DNA from: Anolis carolinensis
Taxonomy: Eukaryota
Length of the DNA stretch: 64,000 nucleotides
Reading direction: 5' to 3'
NCBI RefSeq assembly: GCF_035594765.1
Contig: NC_085845.1
Coordinates: 123,210,897 to 123,274,896 of the forward strand
Every line of letters begins with the position of its first letter. Position 1 is the stretch's first letter. This document shows positions 24,348 to 37,120 of the stretch, in pieces. The notes beneath the pieces were generated by a model. That model saw only the letters and a list, made by a program, of their open reading frames with translations, searched no databases and was not told where the DNA came from. The position numbers were made by a program, and so were the translations under genes.

Positions 24348-25494
24348 GCATTTGGAATTGAACTGAACATATTCCAAAATATTATGGTGTTCAATGCAAT
24401 TTGTTTTAGTTCTTCAGCTTGAATAGCTCAGTTCTGTCTTCCAAAATTCTTAATACTGAAAATCATGAGAATCATGTGGAAATGCAGATGGGCTATCACT
24501 TTTCACATATCATGAATATAATGAGAAAAAGGCAGAGCACCCAAGGAGAAATCACATGCTGTTTCAACACTGCCAAAATCCAGAAAAATGCTAATAATAG
24601 TGGCCCATATTATCATTTCTTCTGCTGCAGCAATGTGAGAGAGAATCTGGCTATGTCCCCATGTGAGCACATGTTGTGCTTGGAGTCACTGTTGCTTCCT
24701 TCAGGAAGGAACAATGCCTAAGGATTACTACAGGCTGATGCAAAATGACAAGCCAAGTCACATGCTGCATCTCACCATCTGCCAAGGCAGTCTAAAAAGG
24801 CCCCACACCAAGAAAAGTGAAAACATTCACACTGCGATAATGAAACTAGTGGAAACTGACATCTGATTATTGAATTCCACATGTTATGCTCAAGGAGGTA
24901 TGCTATTGACATAGGTAGACAGGGATTTCAAAGGGATAACTGAGCACATGTTCATATCTTCACACCTGAAAAAAGAGTGGTAGTATGATGGAACTTAGCT
25001 AACCATGTTATAAAGTGAGAAAGAGGAGGTCTTGTTTTCACTTATTTCTATCTATTGCTAGGATTTTTAATTTTTTTAAAATAAGATATGGTGCATAACT
25101 CATGACAAAAACAAAAACAGCTCAAATGGGTTATAACAAATATCACAAACTGTGTTTTGAGTTTGATTATGGTAGAAAGATGGTTTTTTTTTTTTTTACT
25201 TACATTTATGGTATAGTTTTATTCAATGCATCCAGCATAAAGGATGACTTTACATAATCCATTCTGCCATTCCTCTGTGTAAAAGCCTAGCTCTACTTCT
25301 ATAATATGCTCATATATTTGTCAAACAATGGAGATGGGAATTGCTAATTAATACAAGTAGATTCATATGCTTTCACAATTTAAAGGACATGGATTTGCCA
25401 CAGTCGTGCATGCAATCTTAAACTGATGTTACTAAATTGTTACTCAGGCTGTGATTGGCTGATTAAATTTGAGAATTTAGGGTTGGGCTGTGCT

Positions 25495-25969
25495 GGGCTG
25501 TGGCGCAGGCTGGTAAACAGCTGCTGCAATAAATCACTCTGACCATGAGGTCATGAGTTCAAGGCCAGCCCATGGCGGGGTGAGCACCCGTCAATTAAAA
25601 ATAAAATATAGCCCCTGCTCGTTGCTGACCTAGCAACCCGAAAGATAGTTGCTCTATCAAGTAGGAAATAAGGTACCACTTATAAAAGTGGGGAGGCAAG
25701 TTTAACTAATTTACAACGTTGGAATGAGGAAGTGAGGAAGTGCCATCATAGTGGATGATGACGCAGCTGCTCCCCCCTGTGGCCAGAATCGAACGTCCCC
25801 TCAGGAGAAGGTTAAATTGCCTCTGCGTCTGTCTGCCTGTTGTCTCTGCCTCGGTTCGATGTGTTTATGGGCATTGAATGTTTGCCCTATATGTACATAA
25901 TGTGATCCTCCCTGAGTCCCCTTCGGGGTGAGAAGGGAGGAATATAAATACTGTAAATAAATAAATAAT
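25495..25969 (+). mobile_element. tRNA-derived SINE with an L2-type 3' tail
   Basis: Pol III A box TGGCGCAGGCTGG, B box GAGTTCAAGGCC, tail ccctgagtccccttcggggtgagaaggg plus (TAAA)n, similar to the L2 end at ~39685. Confidence 0.8.
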
Positions 25970-28250
25970 AAAGACATCTTACAAAACTGGGGGAGCAATT
26001 TTTCCCCATTTCCAATTAGTCTTGGGAATGCTGTGTTGGAAATAGTCTCCTAATCGAGACTTAGTCGGGTGGATCAGTAAGTAAGACTAGCTTGTCAAAC
26101 AAGTGATCACTCTGGAAACTAATTAACCATAGTTAATGGGAACCGGGAACAGTATAGGAAGGCTTTACCAAGCACTCTAAAATTTCCTCTTCCATCTCCA
26201 TTTTGACACTATGTGATGTATGTGTTTCTGTGTAACTGAAGACAAATTTAAGTGATTTGAAATATCAAAGTGTGGTAGCCCTGGAATAATGGCCATGTCA
26301 CAGTTCAGTTTTAGTCTCCCTCACCCTAATTTCATAACTAATCTCATTTGTGAGCTGCCTTGGGTAACACTTCTGGAGAAAGGTGGTATATAAACCAGCC
26401 AAAAAAAAAAACCCTTGTTTAGACATTCTACAATTATAAACAACCCTTTGAAGACAACCATAAGGCTGGTGTGGACCTTGGTGAAATATGTTTGACACCC
26501 TGCTATGCCTTTACTCCGATTACTCCGATTACTATGAACAGCCAAGCATTAAAAGAAATGGGTCACTTGGCATAGAGTCGGTCTTTGTCTAGAAGCATGT
26601 GGAATGTGACAGCTTCTTTCTCTGTAAAACTTGTGAGAATGCAAAGGATAACCAGGGTTACCTACATTTCTTTAATGCCACCTCTGCTCTTCTGAGCATG
26701 CAAGGGAAAACCCTCCCTATGTGAATGAGGAAAAGACCTGTCAAACTGTTTAGAAAGTTGTATTTTATGCAAATATTATTTATATTAAAGCAATCTGGAC
26801 ATAATGTATAAATGTCTTGGATGCAACAACTCTGGACCTTCCTGGGTCATCTATTAATTTATTGCAGAGATCTAGTTGAAACCAGTGGGAGATCTCTAGC
26901 ATGCATAGTCTAACAACTTCACCCTAGTTTAAAATACTTTGTGAGCACTAATGTACTAAGATTTTGTTAGGTAGCTATAGGAAGCAAAAGATTGACAAAA
27001 GTTAATAATGTCCCCCTCTTAAACTATATATGGAATAATAAATTATAAAGTAATAAAACCTGTAGAGGAAGAACTCTGCCACAGAAATCATTGAAGGACT
27101 TATGACAAACATAAATGGTGCTCACTAAATATGGCATCATTAAAATCAAATTAGCTACATGTTTTGGTTTAATAAGGGTCTTAAAGCTGGTAGACTATTG
27201 CAGCTGCTGTAATGTTAAAGATTTTATGACAGAGAAGTTTCCCTGCTTTATATTGTTTCCCCATTTGGTTAGGTTCTTTTGATAAAAATTCATTTGTATT
27301 TCAAGTCTTGGATCTACAGTGACATCTTATGGAGTTACTTTGTCTATAAATTGTCTTATAAAATACTGCAGGTATAAACCATGATAACAATGAAGAATTT
27401 CTAAAGACATAAACAATTAAAATAATGCTACAAGACCTCTGAATTCACCCACTTTGATTAATGGGACAAGTTTCTGAGAAGATTCTCTATGTTGAATATG
27501 GTATGTTTTCTAGTAAATATTTTTGGGAATACAGTTAACATATTCTTAAAGTAAAAGTATTCTGTTTCTGTTACTAAGAATTCTCTTTCCCCCCTCCCCC
27601 ACACTTTTTACCCCTCTGAGTTTCATGGAGAATACTGTTATTAAAAGAACAATCGCTTAGTTTATTTATACAGAATAACTTCCCTGGATTAAGAATTATG
27701 ATCAGCAATGCTGAGTGCAATAAGCATTAGCAAGATGGCAGTGGCAGTCACACGTTTCCAGGAAAGTGATGAAGTATGGCATCTAGGCTTGGGCCCAAAT
27801 CAGTTTGAACGAAAATGATTTGTAGCATTCAGTGGGCTGTTTTATATGGTTTCCAAAAACAGAACTTCCTGATAAACAGAATGAGTTGCCAGCTGACATT
27901 GGATGCCTTTTGGCTGAATTGCACACTTGTAGTGTTATCGTGATATCAGTCCCGTATATTAGCCCAAAAATTAGCATGAGCGCAGAGCCTGTGGTGTGGT
28001 CCAGAGGAGTCAATGAACTGCTGATCAGGAGAATGAGTTATAGCCAACAGCCAAAAGAAGTGACCAGCCTGGGATTCTTTCATCTCACTCTGAGAACCCT
28101 ACTTCAACATATATATATTCCTTTCAGTCACTTCCAGATACAGTGCACACATACACATACACACACCAGTCCTCAGGGGCATTATTTCAGGAACTGGGGT
28201 AGAAAGAGACTGGAAAAGTCAACTTGCTCCTCCAATGTTTTTGAAGTGTG

Positions 28251-28430
28251 GATGCATTCCCCAAGTCTCTGGAAATCTCACACACTTGCTCTCTTTGAAA
28301 GCATAGAGGACATATGGAATAGTTGATCATCAATATGTTGATGCATTCCCCAAGTCTCTGGAAATCTCTCACTCCTGCTCTCTTTGAAAACATAGAGGAC
28401 ATATGGAATAGTTGATCATCAATATGTTGA
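28251..28430. repeat. 89-bp direct tandem duplication
   Basis: Two copies starting at 28251 and 28340, with about 4 mismatches. Confidence 0.95.
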
Positions 28431-28559
28431 AAGAAAATGCATCTTTAAAAAAAGACATGGGGGGGGGGGGGGTGATTGAATTGAACTATGGAACATATAG
28501 TAAACAAGGTAGATGTAATGGTCAGGAGTGCTTACTACCAGCTTTGGCTGACGCACCTT

Positions 28560-29420
28560 CCTAGAATTGGAGAACCTAAAGATGGTGGTGCACGCACTGG
28601 ACTTCTGCAATGTGCTGTACATTAGGCTACCTCTATACCAAAGTTGAACTCTCCAATTGGTTGAAAACATGGCAGCCAGATTGATTGCAGGAGCTTCTAG
28701 GAATGAGCATATCACACCCACGCTAAGGAGCCCCGGGTAGTTTAATGGGTTAAAGCCTTGTGACTTGAAAGTTGGGTTGCGGACTTGAAGGCTGCCAGGT
28801 TCGAATCCAACCTGGGGAAAGCATGGATGAGCTCCCTCTATCAGCTCCAGCTCCATGCAGGGACATGAGAGAAGCCTCCCACAAAGATGGTAAAAACATC
28901 AAAAAACATCCCGGCGTCCCCTGGGCAATGTCCTTGCAGACGGCCAATTTTCTCACACCAGAAGCGGCTTGCAGTTTCTCAAGTCACTCCTGACACACAC
29001 ACACACTTACACAAAAAACCATGCTAAAATTACTCCACTGATTGCCAGTTAGTGTCCAGGCAAAGTACAGAGTGTTGGTTATAACCTTTAAAGTCCTATG
29101 CAGTTTGGGTCCAGGTTACCTACAGGTTTGTGCCTTCTCCAACACAATCTGCCCCTTAGGACACCAAGATCCTTTTGAAGTTGCCTATTCCATTCAGCCA
29201 GAACCCAACTGACAACCGTTACCCAGAGGACCGTTTCATAAGCCACCCCAAGGTTGTGGAATGATCCAATGAAGAGATCTGACAGCTAAATGAGCCATCA
29301 GAATTTAAGACCCAACTGAAGACCATTATCTTCTGGCAGGCCTACCCCATCAAATTTGAATTATGAGTTTTGAATTTGCATTCTATTATAACATGTAGGT
29401 CTTTGTATCCTGTGTTTGGT
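28560..29420 (+). mobile_element. Degraded L2 ORF2 3' fragment split by a SINE
   Basis: LDFCNxLYIxLP...AARL...HITPTL|KLLH*LP motifs continue across the SINE. Confidence 0.8.
28727..29018 (+). mobile_element. tRNA-derived SINE (AnolisSINE2-like)
   Basis: B box GGTTCGAATCC; 9-bp TSD ccacgctaa/ccatgctaa; same family as 49862 and 51652. Confidence 0.85.
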
Positions 29421-30356
29421 TCATTCTGAGCATGTAACTGAACTTCTTCCTTTATAAAACAAAATAAAACCTTGAAAGCAAGCATTGAGAAACGTATTCC
29501 AAATAAAGACTATTGTATCAAGGGAGTGGAAATGCAATATTCGCCATCACTATTTATTTCCTGATATTTTCTTCCACTTGCAGACAGATTATAAAAGGTG
29601 CCAAAGGTCTCCACTTATATTAGAAAAGATTATTGTTCCTTTGCTATTTTTTATTATTATTATTGCTAAATATCATGTGTGGAAAATTTGGGAGAAGGAA
29701 GCAGAGAACTAAGTAAAATCTTCACATCTTGTATATGATGGACCCAGTTAAAATTGTGGGCTCACATGTTTATCTCCAAGTGAAAACTCCAACCAACCAA
29801 CAAAAGTTTTGCTCTTAAGTAGCTGGGCTGGGAAAAACAGCTTGAGTCCTTAGAGAACTAATTCTTGCCAGGCTTGATAATGTTGAGCTAGATAGACCAA
29901 TGATCACTATAAAGCAACTTCATGCATTTGTATAATTTCTTTGATGCACACCAGGGATGTTTACTTTCTATCAGTAGAACTTTATCGATAGAAAACTCCT
30001 GTAGCTGTTTGATATATTCTTTAGAAAGTTTCTCCTTTTTTCTTGTTCTTTTACTCATATTTTTGTCACATAAATTTTACTGAATTCAAAGCAAATTTTA
30101 AGATTGCTTCATATGGTAAACATCTGAGGAATTTGGGGAAAAGGTAAAAGATTTTTTTCAAACTGTGTGTCCTCATATTGGTAGTCCATCACCAATTTCA
30201 CATATAACATATTCAAAGAAAACAAACAGATGAGGCACTTCAGTGATTGAGGTTATAGCTTATCTTCAGATTGAAAAGTTTGTTCTTCATTCTTAGGCTA
30301 GTGTAATGTTTGATTGTACTTCATGCTCAAGCTAGAAGAAAGTTAGGAACTAGAAG

Positions 30357-30639
30357 CAGAGCCGGCCCTAAGTATTTTTCAAATGTAGGCAAGCAGAATT
30401 TTGCCCCCCCCCCCCCCAAACCAATCACTGAAAAAAAAAAGCATTGGATAAGTGAAAATGTTGGATAATGAGGGATTAAGGAAAATCCTATTAAACGTCA
30501 AATTACATTAGGATTTTGCAAATTAAGCACCAAAACATGTTTTACAAGAAATCAACAGAAAAAGCAGTCTCAACTGCGCCCCCATATGTTTTGCGCCCCA
30601 AGCGACCACTTAATTCGCCTCATTGTTGGACCGGCTCTG
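30357..30639. mobile_element. Non-autonomous hAT element with mariner-MITE cargo
   Basis: TIR CAGAGCCGG...CCGGCTCTG; perfect 8-bp TSD ACTAGAAG. Confidence 0.9.
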
Positions 30640-32852
30640 ACTAGAAGAAGCAAGTATATTTTTAAACTTTCTGTCTTATATCACTAACTCTGGGTGCTTT
30701 GTAGAGCTGCCCAAAGAGGGAGAAAGCTTGGTTAATAGCTATACCATCTGAGGCTGCTGAGAAGGCAAACTAATACAACTTCTGCTTCCAGACATTAGCA
30801 ATGCCCTTTTTTGCAGTCATAACAATATTGCAGCTTTTCTCACAACCTCTCATCTGAACTTTCCACTGTGCTTATCTGTCCTGCCTTGTTAGTAAATCCC
30901 CAAATAAATCAAATGTCAGACTTGCAAGGATAGAATTGGCAGCAAGAATTACACTTTCCCAGTGTCTATCTCTATATCGGCAGTTCTCAAAGTGTGCTCT
31001 GTTGAGACCTTGGGGCTCCACGAAGCATACTGAGGGGCTCTGCTCTTCCCTCCCCTTCCCCTTCTCCTCCTCTCCCCTCCTCCCCCTCCCACTCCATGCT
31101 TTCCTTCCTCTTTCTTGCTCCTTCCCCTTCCCCCAACTCTCAGCCTCAAAAGCCTTTTTTTCCTCTCCTCCCTCACCCCCAAAAGCTTTTTCCTTCTGCT
31201 TCCCTTGCCTTTTCCCCTTGCCTTCCTTGCAGAAAATAAACAGTTATCTTTACACATGATCATCCCAGCAAACGTTTTAATGTAGTAATCTTAATCTTAA
31301 ACTCCAAAACTGTATGAATCAAGGTATAGTATGTATTTTGTTTTCAATGTAAGCATAATTAATAGGGTTTTTTAAATGTTCTATTTTTTTCATTGGTGAA
31401 TTGTTTTGAAATCCCATTAAAGATACAGAGAACTAGTCAAGCATAGGTTAGAGTTACAATATAGAATGTTTTAGACATTGTCTGGATTTAACTTATCCTT
31501 CATGTTTAGATGAAGCAAAAAACAAACAAATGCCAAAAATACCCGAGTTTAAACAAAAACATCCTAGCTTAAACACACATTAAGTTTTCATTGAATTTTG
31601 TAATTCATGAAATTAAGAGTACAATGATTTTTGAAAAAATGTTTGCTCTCAATTACTTTTATATTCTTTTTTCCATTGCATCATACCATAGATTTCTGAT
31701 CCAGTCTGCTGTTTATATTGCCACTAACAACTAAAAGCAATAACATTTTATCAGAAACATAAAACCTTACGAACAAGTAAATTATTACTCTCTCCACTGT
31801 GCATTTCTTAAAAAAACTAGTTTTGAATACTTGGACAAGTTCTCTTAAAACAGCATACTGGAGTAAAGAATAAATCCTTTAAGTCCACCAATGAATATTT
31901 TTATAGAAGAAAGTGAACATAATACTCATAGTATGCAGCTTTGACACATTAAGGAGTCATTTCAGAAAATATAGCTGTATTTTTAGATTGCACTATAAGA
32001 CTATGGTTTAAGTACTTACTTAGATACTGGTGTCATCTTAAATTACTATAATCAATGATTCCTAAATAAAGGCTGTATTTAATAGTGTTCTTATACTATC
32101 CCCAAGGATTATGGAGTTGTCCTCTTAACATATTCCTAATTTTTCCCCAGTTGCTTATTAGACTCTACAGAGGAGATCTCTGGGTTGCATGGCTACAGGG
32201 GAAAACATGAGGCAGGCAAATATTCCACTGGATATGCCCATACGATTCAGTGTTCACAGTTCTCAAGGTAGCACTTATCTTTATTATCCAAAATGGAATA
32301 GGAGATAAGTTCTCAATGGACCACACAACAGAGTAAAGTACGGTTAGTTAGAATCACAGAAAATGGTTGGTTAGCAAGACTTGAACAAAACAATATGTAG
32401 ATGTGAAACTGTTTTGTTTTTTAAAAATAGGAATTTATTACAAGAAGATTGCCCAAACTGTTTGACCAGATACTTTCCTTAGAGGATGTTGATATTAGAA
32501 TAACTTGTGTGTTATTTAAATGGCAATGCTCTGCCATACAAACTCTTATGTAAAACAACCACAACTAGTGTGTCAGAATAAAATACATAAAGAACTTTTG
32601 CTCTTTTGCAAAACTGTTGGTTGAAAGACATTGGGAAGTCTTCACTACCTTGGTTTCATAGCTTCTGCTTCTTCTGATAGCCATCATAAAGTTTGGCTTT
32701 CTAGTTGCTCGTCAATTTTAGAGAAAGTAGAGAGAGAGGAGGATTTTTCATTTATTTCCTTGCTCTTATTATGACTAGTGGAAAAAGATATCAGACATCA
32801 GAGACACTAGAAAGATAGGACTCATGCATGTGAATATTAAGTATGTTAGTAA

Positions 32853-33069
32853 TACAGAACAATCCCGGTATCCTTAGGAAATGCATTCCAGAACTTGCCA
32901 GAGATATTCAAAACTGTAGATAATAAGGAACCCTCCTGAAATAAAGGACTTGTGCCCCAAGAATACCATAAGACTTAGAAAATGCCTTGAAAGGCAAATT
33001 TTGTCAAATGTGGATAGATGAAACTGGAGAATAGTTTCATGGACTATTTACAATAGGTTCATGTTGTAT
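32853..33069. mobile_element. Old Tigger-like MITE
   Basis: TACAG...cccggtatcc...ttccagaac start and ...TGTA end; degraded. Confidence 0.45.
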
Positions 33070-33725
33070 TTACAAAATTTCTCATTCTTAATGAGAGACA
33101 CTGCCTTGATACATGGAAACTGATGCATATTCTACAAATCAGACATAATCCCTTCATGACTGTGTTTCAGCACTTCAGGCACTCTTCGTCCACAGAGCAT
33201 CTTTCTCCACATTTTTCTTCCTCATTCTTGTGGACTTGGGGTAATAAATAATACTCAATACACACATGCTAAAGCAATGTCATTTATGTATATTTCTACA
33301 CAGTAGAATGTGCTTCTCTCTTCTCTATCATTTTCATTTCCTTCATGATCATCCATCACTTTCAAGAGCAACACAATATTTCATACAAGAGTATAGATAA
33401 TGCTTATATATGTCTGTAGAAAATAATCCTACAAGCATGTGCATTTCAAGAGTTGTGAATCATTCCCATGTCTGTTGGGGAAAACCATAGTTGAGGCTGT
33501 TGCTCCCTCAGGAAAGGGAAAATCAAGTATCGGTGGATCATATTGTGGCTTTCACAGGCATCCCTATTTATAGAACCTCCAATATTAGAGAATTCTCAGA
33601 TAACGTCGTTTTTGTTTAATGATGAGTTATCTTCAAAATCCATGTTTTTTTAAATTTTAAAGTGCTTGTTTTCCCTCTCCCCAGTATCAAATAAACCTCT
33701 CTTGCCCACTCTTTTTTGCTATATA

Positions 33726-34140
33726 CTCTGTTTCCCCTAAAATAAGACATCCCCAGAAAATAAGACCTAGTAGAGGTTTTGCTGAATTGCTAAATATAAG
33801 GCCTCCCCCGAAAGTAAGACCTATCAAAGTTTTTGTGTGGAAGCATGCCTGCGAAACAGAACACCAGAGCATGCAGGATTAGGAAATGTACATACCATAG
33901 TGTGTTGTACATGGAAATAATTGTAGTAACAAGAAATTCTTGATAGATTCAGTTTGGCTGGTTATGCTGGTTTGTGATGACAACTATTGTACAGTATATA
34001 ATAAAATGATCATTTTTTTGTTCAACAGTAAATGTGAATTCTTCTTCATGGAAAAATAAGATATCCCCTGAAAATGACCTAGAGCATCTTTGGGAGGAAA
34101 AATTAATATAAGACACTGTCTTATTTTCGGGGAAGCATGG
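33726..34140. mobile_element. Tigger/pogo-type MITE
   Basis: TIRs ctctgtttcccctaaaataagac and gtcttattttcggggaagcatgg, each flanked by TA. Confidence 0.85.
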
Positions 34141-34449
34141 TAGATCATTCACCAGTACTGTGAAAATCTTGTATCACTTCAACAAAATATGGCTGCTTTC
34201 AATCATATTGCTTGATCCATCCAGGAACAATGGACACAAAAACTGTTTTCATTTCTAGATAGATGACAATTTAATTTACTAATTGGCGCTGTGCTATGTA
34301 TCGCCCCAAAGTGATCGGGTGTATGTGTTCATGTATGTGTGTATGTATCTTCCTTAGTGACCATTATATGCATATATAGTCAGATGTGTATATTGGATGC
34401 CTGCAGTGAGAAATTACCCACCATAGTGTAGTGTCTTGAGCCTATCTTA

Positions 34450-35183
34450 GGGCCTTTCCACGTTGACCAAACTTTAAGAGAAGTCAACATTTAAAATGCT
34501 GATTCCCCTCGCATTCTGTTTCCAGACAGGGAGCAAAATCCCTTCCTTTTTGACTAGGCATGGCCAAATACCTACCTGTGCCAATTCACAATTGACACAG
34601 GTGGGCATGGGCATTGTACTCCTCCCAGCTGCCCATTTAACCTTTAAAAATAGAGGCAAGGTCTCAGTTTGATGACATGAGGCTTCCTTTAGCTTCATAG
34701 TGCTTGAAAATGAAACTACAGAACTTTGGGGGGGGGGGGATTCTCCCCTTCCCCTTTCCAAAGATCCGTAGTTTCCTTTTCAATGCCCAGAAAGCTAAGA
34801 CATGACTTATATCTCAATAGGGAAGCTTTGCCTCTATTTTTAAGTCCTGAATAGGAGCAAGAAGGGGAGGCTGACAATGCCATCCCTCCTCTCCAGGCTA
34901 CTTAAGCCTAGGGAGGAGCTATGGCTGTGGGTATGCCTTCTGGGCTTACAAATGGCAATCCCAGGAGACAATTCTTACTAGCTTCATACCTGTAAAGTTC
35001 TGGATTTTTCAGTAAGTACATATGTTTGTAGGTACCTTCTTAGTAGGTATTTTTAAACCTGGAATAAACTTGTATACTCAGGTTTATTTCAATTTGAATA
35101 AACGAGGGGTTACAGAGCATCATTTAGACACCCCAGGCTAACCTGTTTCCAATGGCATATTTTATTACTGTTTAGATGGGGCC
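34450..35183. mobile_element. Possible PIF/Harbinger-like non-autonomous element
   Basis: gggcctttcca...tagatggggcc ends with tta/tca flanks; degraded. Confidence 0.35.
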
Positions 35184-35655
35184 TCAGACTGTTTTAGAGA
35201 ATAAGGTGAATAAGCTCATATGACATATCAAGCACATTAAAAACAGGCAATGCATAGATAGCTGGAAATGATTGAAATGCATTTCTGGTTTGGAAGAGGA
35301 GGAAAAGTCACCAAGACTAAAACATCTGAAGTGATCAGGAGAATGTGGTGAGAATTTCAATAGAACAAATGACAGAGATACCATAAAGAGGGTATAGACT
35401 GTATAGGAGAATGTAAGTGAATTAGTGAATCCATGGATAGGTAAAACTGCAAATTATTTGAATACTGGGGTTGTACTGTAGTTAGTTTGAGATTTATACA
35501 TACACACACACACACACATATACATATATAAAAATATGTGTGGTGAAATATGTTACTGATACTCTTTTGGTTTAAATTTAAAGACAGTTTGTGTGCTAGC
35601 TCAGGCTCTCCCAACATATATAATTCATTACTGATAACCACATACTCTGTAAATT

Positions 35656-35761
35656 CCATACCTCACAACCTCTGAGGATGCCTGCCATAGATGTGGGTGA
35701 AACGTCAGGAGAGAATACTTCTGGAACATGGCCACACAGCCCGAAAGACATACAACAACCC
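35656..35761 (+). mobile_element. Penelope-like element terminal (pLTR) fragment
   Basis: Matches 50453-50557 (minus strand); 13-bp TSD tactctgtaaatt (35643-35655 and 35762-35774). Confidence 0.9.
35669..35709 (+). ncRNA. Minimal type I hammerhead ribozyme (Penelope-associated)
   Basis: CCU-CUGAGGA-U-GCCUGC(loop)GUGGGU-GAAA-C-GUC^AGG: conserved core, stem II, palindromic ACGU stem III; predicted cleavage after 35706. Confidence 0.75.
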
Positions 35762-36553
35762 TACTCTGTAAATTTTTATGTGCAAATTTTGTTTAAAATA
35801 AGCCTTGAAGATAGTCAGTTATATAATCTCTTTTGAATCTCATAATTTTTAAGACTTTGGAGAACTGTTGTGATTTCTAATATCTAATAAACACTATGTT
35901 TGTTACTACCAGATTCATTGTAACTGTTTTAGAGATTACAGCATGTTTAATTCCAATAAGACATGACATGATATCATTTTATTTAATGTCTATAAAGAGA
36001 GAACAGGCTGAAAAAAATGTTTTGAAATAAAGCTTGCTGAAAAGAGGTTCTCTAGCCTATAAACTGAGGAATATCAAGAGAAAGATTGAGGCTTCTGAAC
36101 CCAAAGCCCTTGAAGTACTTTCTCTAAGAAACTCTGTTAAGATCAGAAGCTCAAAGGGGAACATACTGTTCTTGCTTCGAACAAGAACCTTCTCTATTAC
36201 AAGTGAAAGCTTTTCAAGGGGTTACCAATAAACATCATATAAGAAAAAAATGGCAGTTACAATGAAGACATAGATGACTTCCAGCAACCTTCTCCTGAAG
36301 TACAATTCTTGTGTATATAGATATTTTACTTAACATTTCTGATATCTATCTATCATCTATCTATCTATCTATCTTTTAAAGTATTAACCCTGTTATCACT
36401 TAAGAAATGACAGGTCATTTACAAATCCTGATATGTGTGGCACTAGGTTTGGGATAGATAGTGTGTACTGTTACTGTCGTGTAGTTTTCCTGCTTTCAAG
36501 GGTCAGCAGCCAATATTTAGCTCTTAGGCTTGGACCGGTCGAAGGGTGATCAT

Positions 36554-37120
36554 CAGGGGCTGCCCTAGGTAATTTCGCTTTGTAAGCGAACCTAGTGGCC
36601 GCGCCCCCCCCCGTGAAATCACGCCCCCCACCCCCGCACATACCTGCTTCGGTGGCAGTGGCGGCGGCTTCGATGGCGGTGGCGGCTTCGGCGGCGGCGG
36701 CTTTGACAGCGGGGAGGACCATCGCCTCCCTCCCAGGTGAAGGCCTTCCACGTTTGCCAAGGAGGGAGGCGACGGTCCCGCCGCCGCCTCCACCCTCGGC
36801 AAACGGGGAAGGCCTACTGCGGCCTAGCTATTCTCACAAAGTCTCACGAGTCCTTGCAAGACGTCGCAAGTCCTCGCGAGAATAGCTAGGCCGCAGTAAG
36901 CCTTCCCCGTTCGCCAAGGAGGGAGGCTGCAGCAGGGACCATCACCTCCCTCTCAGGAGAAGGCCTTCCGCGTTTGCCAAGGAGGGAGGCAATGGTCCCC
37001 GCCACCTCCTCCCTCCTCGGTAAATTTACATGGGGGCATTGTCGAGGCCTCAACAGTGCCCCCCCCATGGCGTGCGCCCAAAGTGGCCGCTTAAGCGGCC
37101 TCCACGTTGGACCGGCCCTG
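36554..37120. mobile_element. GC-rich non-autonomous hAT element
   Basis: caggggctgccc...accggccctg ends; perfect 8-bp TSD GTGATCAT; internal direct repeats and a hairpin at 36805-36908. Confidence 0.9.

Noticed and set aside
25495-25575. tRNA gene (A/B boxes here and in other SINE heads)
   Set aside because: These are SINE heads with no cloverleaf.
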